Source: Candidatus Latescibacterota bacterium (GTDB lineage Bacteria > Latescibacterota > UBA2968). Taken from it: a DNA stretch of 64,000 nt. Under the pieces are notes generated by a model, which ran no database searches, was not told where the DNA came from, and saw only the letters and a list, made by a program, of their open reading frames with translations. Below, piece after piece: positions 51,468 through 61,728 of this stretch. The stretch lies in the NCBI GenBank assembly GCA_965207885.1, contig OZ242311.1, positions 2,112,001 through 2,176,000 of the forward strand, in the 5' to 3' direction. Made by a program: the position numbers and the translations under genes. How positions within the stretch are numbered: the first letter of the stretch is position 1; every line of letters starts with the position of its first letter.

Positions 51468-52154
51468 TCACACTTCATCCTTCACGACGGTGCCACCTTG
51501 CAGGCGGATGATGCGCTGTGTGCGTGCGGCGAGGTCGTGATCGTGCGTGACGAGGATGAGGGTTGTGCCCGCTTCTCGGTTGAGGTCAAAGAGCAGATTG
51601 GCGATGGTATGACTGCTGTCGGCGTCGAGGTTGCCCGTAGGCTCGTCGGCAAATAAGATGTGCGGTTGGTTGATAAAGGCGCGTGCAATGCCCACGCGCT
51701 GTTGTTCACCACCTGAAAGCTGGGCGGGATAATGCGTCAAGCGGTCGCCCAATCCCACGCGGTCGAGCAATTCTCTCGCTTCGCCGAACACACCGTTTTT
51801 ACCGCGTAGCTCGAGAGGAATCGCAACATTTTCAATGGCGGTGAGGGTGGGGATGAGTTGAAAGCTCTGAAAGACAAAGCCCACATATTCATTTCGCACG
51901 GCTGCGCGTTGATCTTCGTCGAGGCTGTCGAGGGCCATGTTGTGAAGGGTGACTGTGCCCGATGATGGACGATCAAGTCCAGCACACAGACCAAGTAGCG
52001 TGGTTTTTCCACTGCCCGAAGGCCCTACTATCGCACAGGTTTGGCCTTTGGGAATGGTGAACGTGACGTTGTCCAAAACGGTGAGTGGATGTCCCCCGCT
52101 CGTGTAGGTGCGGGTGAGATTTTGAACTGCGAGTGCTGCGTTTGGATGGCTCAA
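51468..52154 (-). CDS. ABC transporter ATP-binding protein (YbbA-like)
   Basis: [27 protein letters not shown]. Confidence 0.93.
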   Translation of the reverse strand: MSHPNAALAVQNLTRTYTSGGHPLTVLDNVTFTIPKGQTCAIVGPSGSGKTTLLGLCAGLDRPSSGTVTLHNMALDSLDEDQRAAVRNEYVGFVFQSFQLIPTLTAIENVAIPLELRGKNGVFGEARELLDRVGLGDRLTHYPAQLSGGEQQRVGIARAFINQPHILFADEPTGNLDADSSHTIANLLFDLNREAGTTLILVTHDHDLAARTQRIIRLQGGTVVKDEV

Positions 52155-52253
52155 CTGATTACCCCTTGCGTCTCTGGTTGTAATTCTTACCTTTGTGAGA
52201 CCTCAAAACATAACATAGAGTTCCATTATGTGCAAAAAATGAGTGGAGGAGAC

Positions 52254-53438
52254 ATGCAAGCTGAGATTGTGATGATTGGAACGGAGTTGTTGTTGGGTGA
52301 AATTGTAGATACCAATGCCACGATGTTTGCCAAAGCACTGCGCGATATTGGAATGGATTTGTTGTATAAAACGACTGTGGGGGATAATGAAGATCGGATT
52401 GCCGGCGTTTTGAATATTGCGCTGGATCGGTCAGATGTGATTCTGACATCAGGGGGTATTGGTCCTACGGTGGATGATATGACGCGGAAATGTGTGGCGC
52501 GTGCAACGGGACGCAAGCTTGTTTACAGCAAGGTACTGGAAAATCAGATTGCATCGCGGTTTCGCAATTTTGGTCGTGAGATGGCAGATAATAACAAAAG
52601 ACAGGCGTATATTCCCGAAGGCGCAATGCCCCTGGAAAATCCCAGGGGCACGGCGCCTTGTTTTTTGAGTGAAGATGCCCAGGGGCGCGGCTGTGTGATT
52701 TCGCTTCCGGGTGTGCCGAGAGAATTGGATTATATGTTGCACAAGGTCGTGATTCCAATTTTGATTGACCGCATGGGCGGGAGCAAAATTACAAAGGTAC
52801 GTGTGTTGCGAACTTGTGCGGTGGGTGAGAGCAATATTGATCGCACAATTGGGGATCTGATGACCGAGAGCAATCCAACGGTGGGATTGGCGGCGCATGC
52901 TGGGCAGACTGATGTGCGCGTGGCAGCGAAAGCGGATACAGAGGAAGATGCCGATGCGTTGATTGCGCCGATGGAAGCGGAACTCAGGAAGCGGTTGGGG
53001 GTTGCGATTTACGGTACGGGGAAAGAGACAGTGGCCGAGGTTGTGGGCGATTTGTTGCGGGAAAAAGGGTTGAAGATTGGGGTGGTGGATACGCTGACAG
53101 ATGGCCAGGTCGTGCGGGAGTTCGAAGAGAATGGCGCAGGTGATGTGGTGGCCGCGCAAAGAGATGCTAATATGGATGGACAGGATGACCCTCGCGCTTT
53201 GACCGAAGCGATGGCTCAGGAGGTTACGCCCGAGGATGGTGTGGGGCTGGCGATAGTTGGTCCTTATGAAGGCGGTGCGACGTTTATGGCTGTCTATGGA
53301 TCTGATCCACAAGCGCGAACGTGTATTGCAAGTCGCCGCTTTCAGGATTCGGATCATATCCGCCGATGGTTGGTGATTCAGGGTTTGGATCTGGTGCGCC
53401 GGGCGGTGTTGGGCAAGTTGGCTTCGCCAGCAGATTAA
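52254..53438 (+). CDS. cinA: CinA-family protein (MocF/pyrophosphatase domain; degenerate C-terminal PncC domain)
   Basis: IGTELLLGEIVDTN, GGIGPTVDD, LPGVPRE; the C-terminal domain lacks the ES(C)TGG motif (reads VDTLTDG). Confidence 0.8.
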   Translation: MQAEIVMIGTELLLGEIVDTNATMFAKALRDIGMDLLYKTTVGDNEDRIAGVLNIALDRSDVILTSGGIGPTVDDMTRKCVARATGRKLVYSKVLENQIASRFRNFGREMADNNKRQAYIPEGAMPLENPRGTAPCFLSEDAQGRGCVISLPGVPRELDYMLHKVVIPILIDRMGGSKITKVRVLRTCAVGESNIDRTIGDLMTESNPTVGLAAHAGQTDVRVAAKADTEEDADALIAPMEAELRKRLGVAIYGTGKETVAEVVGDLLREKGLKIGVVDTLTDGQVVREFEENGAGDVVAAQRDANMDGQDDPRALTEAMAQEVTPEDGVGLAIVGPYEGGATFMAVYGSDPQARTCIASRRFQDSDHIRRWLVIQGLDLVRRAVLGKLASPAD

Positions 53439-53439
53439 A
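53396..53439 (+). repeat. cinA 3' end; left copy of a ~45-bp direct repeat
   Basis: GCGCCGGGCGGTG-TT-GGGCAAGTTGGCTTCGCCAGCAGA-TTAAA; recurs at 63297-63339. Confidence 0.85.
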
Positions 53440-53466
53440 GGAAATAGAATAAATAGGAGGAACGCA

Positions 53467-54510
53467 GTGCCGGATAACGAGTCTTTGTCTTATTCTAAGA
53501 GTGGCGTCAATATTGATGAAACTGATGCTGTTAAAAGAGATATGGCTTCAGATATCGGGCGTGGCGATTCGAGAGTGCTCAATAAATTGGGGGCTTTTGG
53601 TAGTCTGGTTGATGGCCGTTTTGAGGGATATGATCACCCCATTCTCGTGCTGAAAACCGAGGAGCCTGGTTCAAAGCAAAAGTTGGCGTTTGAACACGGA
53701 AGTGTCACGTCTATTGCTTATGATCTGGTCAATCATTTGATCAACGATATTATTGTTATGGGTGCCGATCCTTTTTATGTGCAAGATTGTATTGTCTGCG
53801 GCAAACTCGATCCCCCCGTTGTCAAAGCTCTCGTTGGTGGGATTGCCGATGCTTGTGAGGCACAGGGATGTGCATTGACAGGTGGAGAAACATCTGTTCA
53901 ACCAGGGGTTGTCGAAGATGGGGTGTATATTTTAAGTGCTTCGGCTATTGGAGTTGTCGATAGGGACAGTATTATTGATGGCGCTGCGATTGAGGAGGGA
54001 GACGCGGTTCTCGCGCTTGCATCCAATGGACTGCATACCAATGGCTATACGCTTGTCAGAGCATTGTTAAAGAATAAGCCAGAGTTGAAAGATCGAGATA
54101 TTCAGGGGGTGTCCTTTCTCGATATGATTTTGCGCCCACATCAGTGTTATTATCAACCTCTGAGGGGTTTGTTTAAGGACGAGGAGTTGAAGGGAATGGC
54201 ACATATTACCGGTGGCGGTATTCAGGATAATTTATCCCGCATTCTTCCCGAGACCTGTCAGGCTGTGATCGATCTTTCGTTACTCCAAGTGCTCCCCATT
54301 TTCAAAACGATTCGCGCGGAGGGTTTGGTTCCAGAAGACGATATGGTGAGGACTTTTAATATGGGTGTGGGGATGACGCTTGTCTGTGCCCAGAATTCTG
54401 TAGGGAGGATTAAGGCTCATCTACAAAGCGCGGGATGCCATGCGTATCCAATCGGGCGTATTGTCAAAGGCGAGAAAGGCGTTGTATTCACGGGAAAAGT
54501 TCGATGGTGA
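53467..54510 (+). CDS. purM: Phosphoribosylformylglycinamidine cyclo-ligase
   Basis: YSKSGVNI, GGET, SNGLHTNGY, AHITGGG, RTFNMGVG; the usual DGVGTK is replaced by EEPGSK. Confidence 0.88.
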   Translation: MPDNESLSYSKSGVNIDETDAVKRDMASDIGRGDSRVLNKLGAFGSLVDGRFEGYDHPILVLKTEEPGSKQKLAFEHGSVTSIAYDLVNHLINDIIVMGADPFYVQDCIVCGKLDPPVVKALVGGIADACEAQGCALTGGETSVQPGVVEDGVYILSASAIGVVDRDSIIDGAAIEEGDAVLALASNGLHTNGYTLVRALLKNKPELKDRDIQGVSFLDMILRPHQCYYQPLRGLFKDEELKGMAHITGGGIQDNLSRILPETCQAVIDLSLLQVLPIFKTIRAEGLVPEDDMVRTFNMGVGMTLVCAQNSVGRIKAHLQSAGCHAYPIGRIVKGEKGVVFTGKVRW

Positions 54511-54584
54511 AAGGATGAGATATGAGATCTAAAACTTTAGAACGAGCGGTTCCCTTTGCGTGGGATAATTGAGAAAGGACATAC

Positions 54585-55439
54585 ATGGACACACCATATC
54601 GCACCATTGATGTGAAGCCCCTATCTGGGGCACTCGGTGCTGAAATTGAAGGCGTTGACATTGCGTCGAGTCTCGACGATGAACAATTCGCTGAAATTCA
54701 TCGGGCCTTTGCGGATTACAGTGTGATTCTCTTTCGCAATCAGTCCCTCACGCAGGAACAACACATCGCATTTGCTCGACGCTGGGGGAATATCAATGTC
54801 AACCGGTTTTTTACGGGCGTAGCGGAAAATCCCATCATCGCCGAAGTGCGAAAAGAACCCGATCAGGAAACCAATATTGGGCGCAACTGGCACACCGATC
54901 ATTCTTACGATACCATTCCCGCACTCGGCTCGATTCTCTACGCACGCGAGGTTCCCGAGTTTGGTGGTGATACGATGTTTGCCAGTATGTACAGGGCTTA
55001 CGAAACTCTCTCGCCGGGGTTGCGGAAAACGCTCGAAAACTTAAATGCTCTGCACTCCAGCCGACATGTTTTTGGCGTAATGAACGGCAGAAGTCCCGAT
55101 CAAAGCGGTCGCATTGGCAATCCCGAACTCGCCACGCAGGATGCTGTTCATCCCCTGATCATAAGGCATCCCATTACAGGTCGCAAAGCTCTTTACGTAA
55201 ATCCCGTGTTCACGGTTCAAATTGAGGGATGGAAAAAAGAAGAATCCCAACCTCTGCTTCAGTATTTGTACCGGCACGCTTCTCAACCGGATTTTACATG
55301 CCGCATTCGCTGGGAAAGAGATACTCTCGCTATCTGGGACAACCGCGCGACATGGCATTGCGCTCTCAATGATTACCAGGGACAGCGACGCCTCATGCAC
55401 CGCATCACGATTGAAGGTGTGCCGTTAAACCAGGAGTAG
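54585..55439 (+). CDS. TauD/TfdA family Fe(II)/2-oxoglutarate dioxygenase
   Basis: WHTD, GGDT, HP..HP.TGRK.LYVN, WDNR..H..R. Confidence 0.93.
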   Translation: MDTPYRTIDVKPLSGALGAEIEGVDIASSLDDEQFAEIHRAFADYSVILFRNQSLTQEQHIAFARRWGNINVNRFFTGVAENPIIAEVRKEPDQETNIGRNWHTDHSYDTIPALGSILYAREVPEFGGDTMFASMYRAYETLSPGLRKTLENLNALHSSRHVFGVMNGRSPDQSGRIGNPELATQDAVHPLIIRHPITGRKALYVNPVFTVQIEGWKKEESQPLLQYLYRHASQPDFTCRIRWERDTLAIWDNRATWHCALNDYQGQRRLMHRITIEGVPLNQE

Positions 55440-55506
55440 ATCATGCAAACGCACCCACCGCGAGTTTGCGCCGCGAGTGATGGAATATGGAATAGGGAGT
55501 AAAACA

Positions 55507-55836
55507 ATGAACAATGAACAATCGCTTTTGCCACCGAAAATTTCATTTTTTGAAAAACGATTGACAATAATTCTCGCTCGAGATGATGCGATGGTATGCG
55601 CTTTCTGCCCTGAATTGGATTTGGTGACTGAAATGGCAACGCCTGATGAAGCGCTGGAAGATATGCTGGAATCCATGCAGGACTATGCTGAGGAATATTT
55701 AGAGGACTTAGAAATTTATCAAAACAGTCCCAATCGCGCCCACCATTTGCCTTATATCCAGGCGATTGCTGCGTGTAAAGATGTCTGGGATATTCGCATG
55801 CTAATTGAAATTCACCATGGCCGTGTACAGGTTTGA
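55507..55836 (+). CDS. HicB-like antitoxin
   Basis: AFCPELDLVTEMATPDEALEDM HicB-type motif; overlaps the hicA-like gene. Confidence 0.7.
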   Translation: MNNEQSLLPPKISFFEKRLTIILARDDAMVCAFCPELDLVTEMATPDEALEDMLESMQDYAEEYLEDLEIYQNSPNRAHHLPYIQAIAACKDVWDIRMLIEIHHGRVQV

Positions 55837-56041
55837 TCAGTTTCGCAAAGTGTTGCGTGTTTTGGGATTCGCAAAAATTCGATCTCGAAAACACGAGACT
55901 TGGCGCAAAATACTCGTAAATGGAACGATTTTGCGCGTTCGCATTAGCCATAAGCATGGGCGCGATATCCCCCGGTGGCTATTTTATGAAATGCTGCGGC
56001 AGGCGGGAATTAATGAAAAGAAATTTCGAGAATTGATGTAG
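55817..56041 (+). CDS. HicA-like toxin
   Basis: 74 aa, basic; LRVLGF..RKH..H..RDIP....MLRQAGI. Confidence 0.75.
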   Translation: MAVYRFDQFRKVLRVLGFAKIRSRKHETWRKILVNGTILRVRISHKHGRDIPRWLFYEMLRQAGINEKKFRELM

Positions 56042-56084
56042 ATAGCTCCTCTTAAAACAATCCAAGCCCGAGAGAAAATCCGTC

Positions 56085-57335
56085 ATGAAAATCGCAAACG
56101 CAACCCGTCGTAGCCTCAATATTCCCTTTTACTGCAAACGGGTCGAACGCGCCATGCACCGCGCGCAGACTCACGACGAACGGGTCTATCTCTACCGCAT
56201 TGAAACCGATGAGGGTATCGTGGGCTATGGAGATAGCCTGTCTGTTAGCGATGTGCATACACTGATCGGCCAGAATCCCTTCCAGATCATGCACAACGAC
56301 GCCATCGGCTTTGGTCCACAGCTCGCTGTGCTGGACGCTGTTGGAAAGGCCGCTGATGTGCCTGTCCATGCCCTGCTCGGCACCAAATTGCGCGACCGAT
56401 GCCCCATCTCCTGGTGGGACATTGACATGTCACCTGCCGACTGGGTCGCGGAGGCCAGAGAATCTCTCAAACGCGGGTACACTTCTTTCAAAATGAAAGC
56501 CCGCCCCTGGCGAGACATCCTCTATCAGGTCGAAGCCGTGGGCAAAGTCGTACCCGCAGATTACAAATTCGACATAGATTTCAACGGTTTTCTGCTCAAT
56601 CAGGCAAAAGCGGAGATTATCCTCCAGCAGCTCGACAATCACCCCAATGTCGGCATCTACGAAAGTCCCTTCTACCTTTATGGCGATCTCATCGGCGCGA
56701 GAATTCTTCGCGAACGCGTATGCAAACCCGTCGTCGAACACTTCCGGGAAGAATATTTGCACGCCCACGCCTGCGATGGCTTTGTTATTGGCGGCGGTGT
56801 CACAGAAGTCCGCCGGCAGGCTGCGCTCGCCGCTGCTTTCAACAAACCCTTCTGGTTACAAATGGTCGGCACTGGAATTACCACTGCCTTCGCCGTACAC
56901 CTCGGCTCTGTCCTCTCCCACGCCCAGTTGCCCTATATTACCTGTCACGAACTCTGGAAACACGATTTGCTTAAAAAACGCCTCGACGTGATCGATGGCC
57001 ACATCCGGGTCTCCGATGCCCCTGGCCTGGGCATTGAAGTCGATGAAAAAGCTGTCGAAAAATACGTGGTCGATCCCGATACACCCACACCTAAAAGGCT
57101 CTACCGAGGTAAAAAACGCATCCTGCGCATCTCGTGGCCCGGTGCGGCCAAACAGAAACGCATCTGGGAATTTACCGATGAACCCATCTACCAGAAGACC
57201 TTCTACGCAGGTAGCATCCCCGGATTTGAACGCGGTGTTACCCTGGAAGTTATCGACGACGACGATAGCGCGACTTTTAAAAAGGCCCATGCCACGTTGG
57301 CAAAACGCGAGGCAGCTATACCCGCCCTGAGGTGA
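56085..57335 (+). CDS. Mandelate racemase/muconate lactonizing enzyme family protein
   Basis: ETDEGIVGYG, KMK, DFN, ESP, PGLGIEVD. Confidence 0.88.
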   Translation: MKIANATRRSLNIPFYCKRVERAMHRAQTHDERVYLYRIETDEGIVGYGDSLSVSDVHTLIGQNPFQIMHNDAIGFGPQLAVLDAVGKAADVPVHALLGTKLRDRCPISWWDIDMSPADWVAEARESLKRGYTSFKMKARPWRDILYQVEAVGKVVPADYKFDIDFNGFLLNQAKAEIILQQLDNHPNVGIYESPFYLYGDLIGARILRERVCKPVVEHFREEYLHAHACDGFVIGGGVTEVRRQAALAAAFNKPFWLQMVGTGITTAFAVHLGSVLSHAQLPYITCHELWKHDLLKKRLDVIDGHIRVSDAPGLGIEVDEKAVEKYVVDPDTPTPKRLYRGKKRILRISWPGAAKQKRIWEFTDEPIYQKTFYAGSIPGFERGVTLEVIDDDDSATFKKAHATLAKREAAIPALR

Positions 57336-57358
57336 ATGACAGTTAGGAGAACCCATCG

Positions 57359-58279
57359 ATGGCATCCGTAACCTTTAAAGGCGTCTTTCCCATCCTCGTC
57401 ACCCCATTCGATGATCAGGGCAACCTTGATCTGGAATCCTTTGATCGAACGGTACGCTTTATGGCCGACATCGGTGTAAACGGCGTTACCATCATTGGTG
57501 TACTCGGTGAATCCAACCGAATGCTGGATGCCGAACGGGAACAACTTATTAAAACCGCTGTGGGTGCTGCAGGCGGGCGCATCCCCATTATCGTGGGCAC
57601 GAGCTACAGCGGCACACGGGCGACCCTTGAACTCAGCCGGATGGCCGAATCTCTCGGCGCCGCCGGTGTGATGGTTACCCCTTCGTGCGAATCCGTGCCC
57701 AACGAAGACCGCATCTTCGAATTTTTCCAGCAGGTGGCCGAAGGTATCTCCATTCCCATCGTCGTACAGGACCACCCGGCCTCTACCCAAGTCCACATGT
57801 CCGTTCCCCTCATTCTGCGCCTCGTCCGCGAAATTTCGCTCGTCGCCTGTATCAAAGAAGAGGCAGTGCCCACTCCGCCCAGGATTACTGCCCTCTTGGA
57901 TGGCATTGGAGACCGTGCGGTCACCATCCTCACTGGCCTCGGCGCTCTCTACGGTGCCTTTGATCTGACTCGCGGGGCACACGGTTTTATGACTGGCTTT
58001 GCCTTTCCCGAAGTTCTGCTCGCCCTGGTTCGAAGTGCTGAAAATAGAGACTTTGATACCGTACACGACATCTATCACCGATACCTGCCGCTCATTGTGT
58101 ACGAACAGCAGCCGGGAGTGGCCATCCGCAAAGAGATTTTCCGCCTGCGCGGCCTTATCGCCAGCAGCTACGTGCGCCATCCCGGCGCAAATATCGACCC
58201 CACCACTGCCGACCACTTGAAATCACTCTTGCGCAAAATGCTACCCGGCGCAGATATTACGAGACCTATCGAGGTGTGA
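57359..58279 (+). CDS. Dihydrodipicolinate synthase (DapA) family aldolase/dehydratase
   Basis: GVFPILVTPF, GVLGE, VQD, CIKEE Schiff-base lysine. Confidence 0.88.
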   Translation: MASVTFKGVFPILVTPFDDQGNLDLESFDRTVRFMADIGVNGVTIIGVLGESNRMLDAEREQLIKTAVGAAGGRIPIIVGTSYSGTRATLELSRMAESLGAAGVMVTPSCESVPNEDRIFEFFQQVAEGISIPIVVQDHPASTQVHMSVPLILRLVREISLVACIKEEAVPTPPRITALLDGIGDRAVTILTGLGALYGAFDLTRGAHGFMTGFAFPEVLLALVRSAENRDFDTVHDIYHRYLPLIVYEQQPGVAIRKEIFRLRGLIASSYVRHPGANIDPTTADHLKSLLRKMLPGADITRPIEV

Positions 58280-58314
58280 ACGGCAGGATTTAGGCTTTAG
58301 AAGAGGATTTGATC

Positions 58315-59529
58315 ATGAAAATCATCGACATCGACATCATCCCCATCTACCCCAAAATCGCCGACCGGAATGCCGATCAGAAAGCCCGGTTTTTCAATAT
58401 AAACCATCGTACCATTTTTAAAATTACGACTGACAATGGTATTGTCGGCTATGGCGATGCACGCTGCGAGGCCCCTTCTAAATCCACTGTGAAACACCTG
58501 ATCGACCGCGATCCTTTTGACTTTATCAACGCCGATCTCAACAGCGGCCTGATGGGCGCACTCTACGATGCCATGGGCAAATACCTTGAAATTCCCGCGT
58601 ACAAACTCATGGGTCAGAAGATACGCGACCGCGTACCCGTAGCTGCCTGGACCCGCCCGGCCTCCCCGGAAGACCTGGCCAAAGAGGTTCAGCGAGCCGT
58701 AGAAGAAGGGTATATGATCTTTAAAATCCACACTTGCGCCTATTACGACGTGTACGAACAAACCAGAGCTGTTGAGGAGGTTGCTCCGCCCGGTTTCAAG
58801 ATGCATTACGACTTCAATCACAATCGGCCACTTGCCGCTGTCCTGCGCATTTTGCAGGAGTTGGAGAAGTCCCCCGTCGTAGGTATGATCGAAGATCCCC
58901 TGGTCTTATCCGATGTCGAAGGCTGGCGCCTTCTGAGAGAGAAAACCAGTTTGCCACTGCTCATGCATGTCCCCCAACTCGGCGGAGGCCAGGAGATTAT
59001 TCGCGGTTGCGCCGATGCCTACATGATCGGCGAAGGCGGCATTGGCTCTACCCTCGTGCGTGGATTTGCTACTGCCCTGGCCAATGTCTCCTCTGTCATC
59101 CAGCTCACAGGCGGTACCCTCACCAAAGCCATGGCTCTGCATATGGGCGCCTTGATTCCCAACGTGGCTCATTCTACCAACCTGGACGACCAGTACGGTG
59201 AAGACGTTGTCAAACAGCGCATCGAAGTCGCAGGCGGTTCCTCTCCGGTACCCAAAGGCGCTGGCCTCGGCGTAGAAGTCGATGAAGACGCGCTGGCCAG
59301 ATGCGCTGCCAACAAACCTACTCTTATTCCCCCCACTATTGGCATCTTGCATCTACCCGATGGCCACAAGCTCTATACCAGAGGATTCCCAAACGTTGCC
59401 CGCCTCACTGGTTTCCCCGAAGGCAACATCCGGGGCATTCGCCTGGATGTCTGGGAAGACGACGGTTCCGACAAGTTCAAACAAACTCTGCAACACATCG
59501 ATCAGCAGGGTCCGTTTATGGAAAAATAG
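58315..59529 (+). CDS. Mandelate racemase/muconate lactonizing enzyme family protein
   Basis: TTDNGIVGYG, FKIH, DFN, EDP, GLGVEVD. Confidence 0.88.
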   Translation: MKIIDIDIIPIYPKIADRNADQKARFFNINHRTIFKITTDNGIVGYGDARCEAPSKSTVKHLIDRDPFDFINADLNSGLMGALYDAMGKYLEIPAYKLMGQKIRDRVPVAAWTRPASPEDLAKEVQRAVEEGYMIFKIHTCAYYDVYEQTRAVEEVAPPGFKMHYDFNHNRPLAAVLRILQELEKSPVVGMIEDPLVLSDVEGWRLLREKTSLPLLMHVPQLGGGQEIIRGCADAYMIGEGGIGSTLVRGFATALANVSSVIQLTGGTLTKAMALHMGALIPNVAHSTNLDDQYGEDVVKQRIEVAGGSSPVPKGAGLGVEVDEDALARCAANKPTLIPPTIGILHLPDGHKLYTRGFPNVARLTGFPEGNIRGIRLDVWEDDGSDKFKQTLQHIDQQGPFMEK

Positions 59530-59543
59530 TAGGTCTCTTTATT

Positions 59544-60302
59544 ATGCACACCAGCACCCTCTTAATCTCTCAGGATTTTGAATACTGGCAATCTGGCGAA
59601 AACGGCCTCACTTGCGTCGATTTTGAGACTTTCTGTCCGGACTACCACGAATTGGACCGCACGGGTGTCATCTCTCCCCATCTCGAAGATGGCATACTAC
59701 ACGTCGGGTATGCACTTCTGGCACTGACCACCGCCTTTTACGATATCTGGCGCGCACGCACGGATGATTTTTTTATTTATCCCCAGCACTTTGCCCTTCT
59801 GGACATCACCCGAGAAGGCGTCAACACGGGATGCGGGCGCCTGCCACTTGAAAAAAATACGCTGGGCGGTCCTTGGGGCAATTTAGACGTCTGGCCCGAC
59901 TCAAAATGGATTCCTGCCCACGGCAGCGTTTCCGGCATGCTCAAGAAAGCGTTTGACCTTCAGATCAACCGCCTGTTCTGGCCCGAAGCCTTCCGCCCAA
60001 ATCGCGAAGAAAAATCTCTACCTGCTTATGCGGTCAAAATGCTCCGTACTCACCTGAAAGCTGTCTATTATTACAACACCTCCGAACCCAATATCGAAAT
60101 CCATACCGCTCAAAACGTGCAAGATCTCCTTCAGACGAGCCTCAATAGACTGTCCGGCATAGATGGCCTATCAATTCCACATTTTCTTCGGCGACAGGTT
60201 CTCGAAAACCCACAGACCGATCATCGTTATGTCGAACAGTATCGCAAAGTAGATCCGGATCATTTTCTCAACGACATGGCAGATTGCTTTGAAAATGCCT
60301 GA
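59544..60302 (+). CDS. Hypothetical protein
   Basis: 252-aa ORF packed in the operon with codon usage like its neighbours; no family recognised. Confidence 0.7.
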   Translation: MHTSTLLISQDFEYWQSGENGLTCVDFETFCPDYHELDRTGVISPHLEDGILHVGYALLALTTAFYDIWRARTDDFFIYPQHFALLDITREGVNTGCGRLPLEKNTLGGPWGNLDVWPDSKWIPAHGSVSGMLKKAFDLQINRLFWPEAFRPNREEKSLPAYAVKMLRTHLKAVYYYNTSEPNIEIHTAQNVQDLLQTSLNRLSGIDGLSIPHFLRRQVLENPQTDHRYVEQYRKVDPDHFLNDMADCFENA

Positions 60303-60338
60303 TTGAGCCTCTCATAATTTTCTCTTGCGGGGAATCCT

Positions 60339-61700
60339 TTGGCCAACGGTCAACTCTTACACCTGCTAACCGCCCGCGCCGAGTCTAAAAATCCCCTTCG
60401 CGTGGGTCTCATCGGCGCTGGAAAATTCGGCACCATGTTTCTGGCCCAGGCCCGTCGCGTTTCGGGTCTGCACGTCCTGGGTGTGGCCGATCTATCCCTA
60501 CACCGGGCGCGCGAAGCTCTCACGCGTGCTGAGTGGCCGCCCGAACAATTTGCCGCACCCCACTTCGATCACGCTCTCAAAACCGGTGCTACCTATCTCA
60601 CCGATGACGGCGATGCCCTCATCCGGGCGGACGGTCTGGATGTTCTGGTCGAAGCCACTGGCAATCCTCTCGCAGGCATCCACCACGCCCTTCAAGCCAT
60701 CGAACACGGGCGCCACCTGGTCATGGTCAATGTCGAAGCAGACGTCCTGGTCGGTCCCATCCTGGCTCAACGTGCAGCATCCGCCGGCCTCGTGTACACC
60801 CTCGCCTATGGCGATCAACCGGCTCTGATCTGTGAACTGGTTGAATGGGCACAGACCAATGGCTTCGACATTGTCTGCGCTGGCAAGGGCACCAAATACC
60901 GGCCCGCGTACCACGCATCCACTCCTGATACTGTCTGGGAGCACTACGGTTTCGATGCTGAAACCGCTGCAAAAGGCGGTCTGAATCCCCGTATGTTCAA
61001 CTCCTTTTTGGACGGTACAAAATCCGCCATTGAAATGGCCGCTGTCTCAAATGCCACTGGTCTGAATCCCCAGCCCGAAGGCCTGAAATTCCCGCCCTGC
61101 GGTATCGACCAGCTGTCCAATATTTGCCGGCCTCATAGCGATGGAGGACAGCTTTCTCACAAGGGAACCGTCGAAGTCGTCTCCAGCCTGCAACCAGATG
61201 GAACCCCTGTAGATCGGGATCTGCGCTGGGGAGTTTACGTTACCATTGAAGCCCCCGGCGACTACATCCGCCGCTGCTTCTCCGAATACGGCCTTCCCAC
61301 TGATTCCACTGGACATTACACGGCCATCTATCGTCCCTACCATCTGGTTGGCATGGAACTCACCACCAGCGTCTTGCGCGCTGGCTTGCGCGGCGAAGCC
61401 AGCGGCGTGCCCGTTGTTTTTAATGCAGACGTTGTCGCCACTGCAAAACGCGACCTTTCCGAAGGAGAAATCCTGGACGGTGAAGGCGGCTACCGGGTGT
61501 ACGGCAAACTCATGCCGGCTGATCAGGCTCGTACATCCAACACCTTGCCCATCGGCCTGGCTCACGATCTCAAGCTGAAACACAAAATCGCCGCGGGGCA
61601 ACCCATACACCAATCCGATGTCGAATTTGACGAAAACAACGCCATTCTCTGCCTCCGCCGGGAAATGGTACAACGCTTTGCAGAATCCCTGCGCCGTTAA
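60339..61700 (+). CDS. NAD(P)-dependent oxidoreductase with C-terminal SAF domain (homoserine dehydrogenase-like)
   Basis: GLIGAGKFG, VNVEAD, GDQP, DGTKSAIEM, AKRDL..GEILDGEGG. Confidence 0.88.
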   Translation: MANGQLLHLLTARAESKNPLRVGLIGAGKFGTMFLAQARRVSGLHVLGVADLSLHRAREALTRAEWPPEQFAAPHFDHALKTGATYLTDDGDALIRADGLDVLVEATGNPLAGIHHALQAIEHGRHLVMVNVEADVLVGPILAQRAASAGLVYTLAYGDQPALICELVEWAQTNGFDIVCAGKGTKYRPAYHASTPDTVWEHYGFDAETAAKGGLNPRMFNSFLDGTKSAIEMAAVSNATGLNPQPEGLKFPPCGIDQLSNICRPHSDGGQLSHKGTVEVVSSLQPDGTPVDRDLRWGVYVTIEAPGDYIRRCFSEYGLPTDSTGHYTAIYRPYHLVGMELTTSVLRAGLRGEASGVPVVFNADVVATAKRDLSEGEILDGEGGYRVYGKLMPADQARTSNTLPIGLAHDLKLKHKIAAGQPIHQSDVEFDENNAILCLRREMVQRFAESLRR

Positions 61701-61728
61701 ATTAAAAATTAGGAAAGGGAGCAAAACA

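Larger units (their letters stand above)
55494..56076 (+). repeat. ~580-bp direct repeat, copy 1 (hicBA module)
   Basis: Highly similar to 61716-62298, including the RBS and ~35 nt past the hicA stop. Confidence 0.92.

Noticed and set aside
59301-59543. N-terminal extension of the 333-aa track ORF
   Set aside because: Overlaps the upstream enolase gene in another frame; ATG 59544 is the plausible start.
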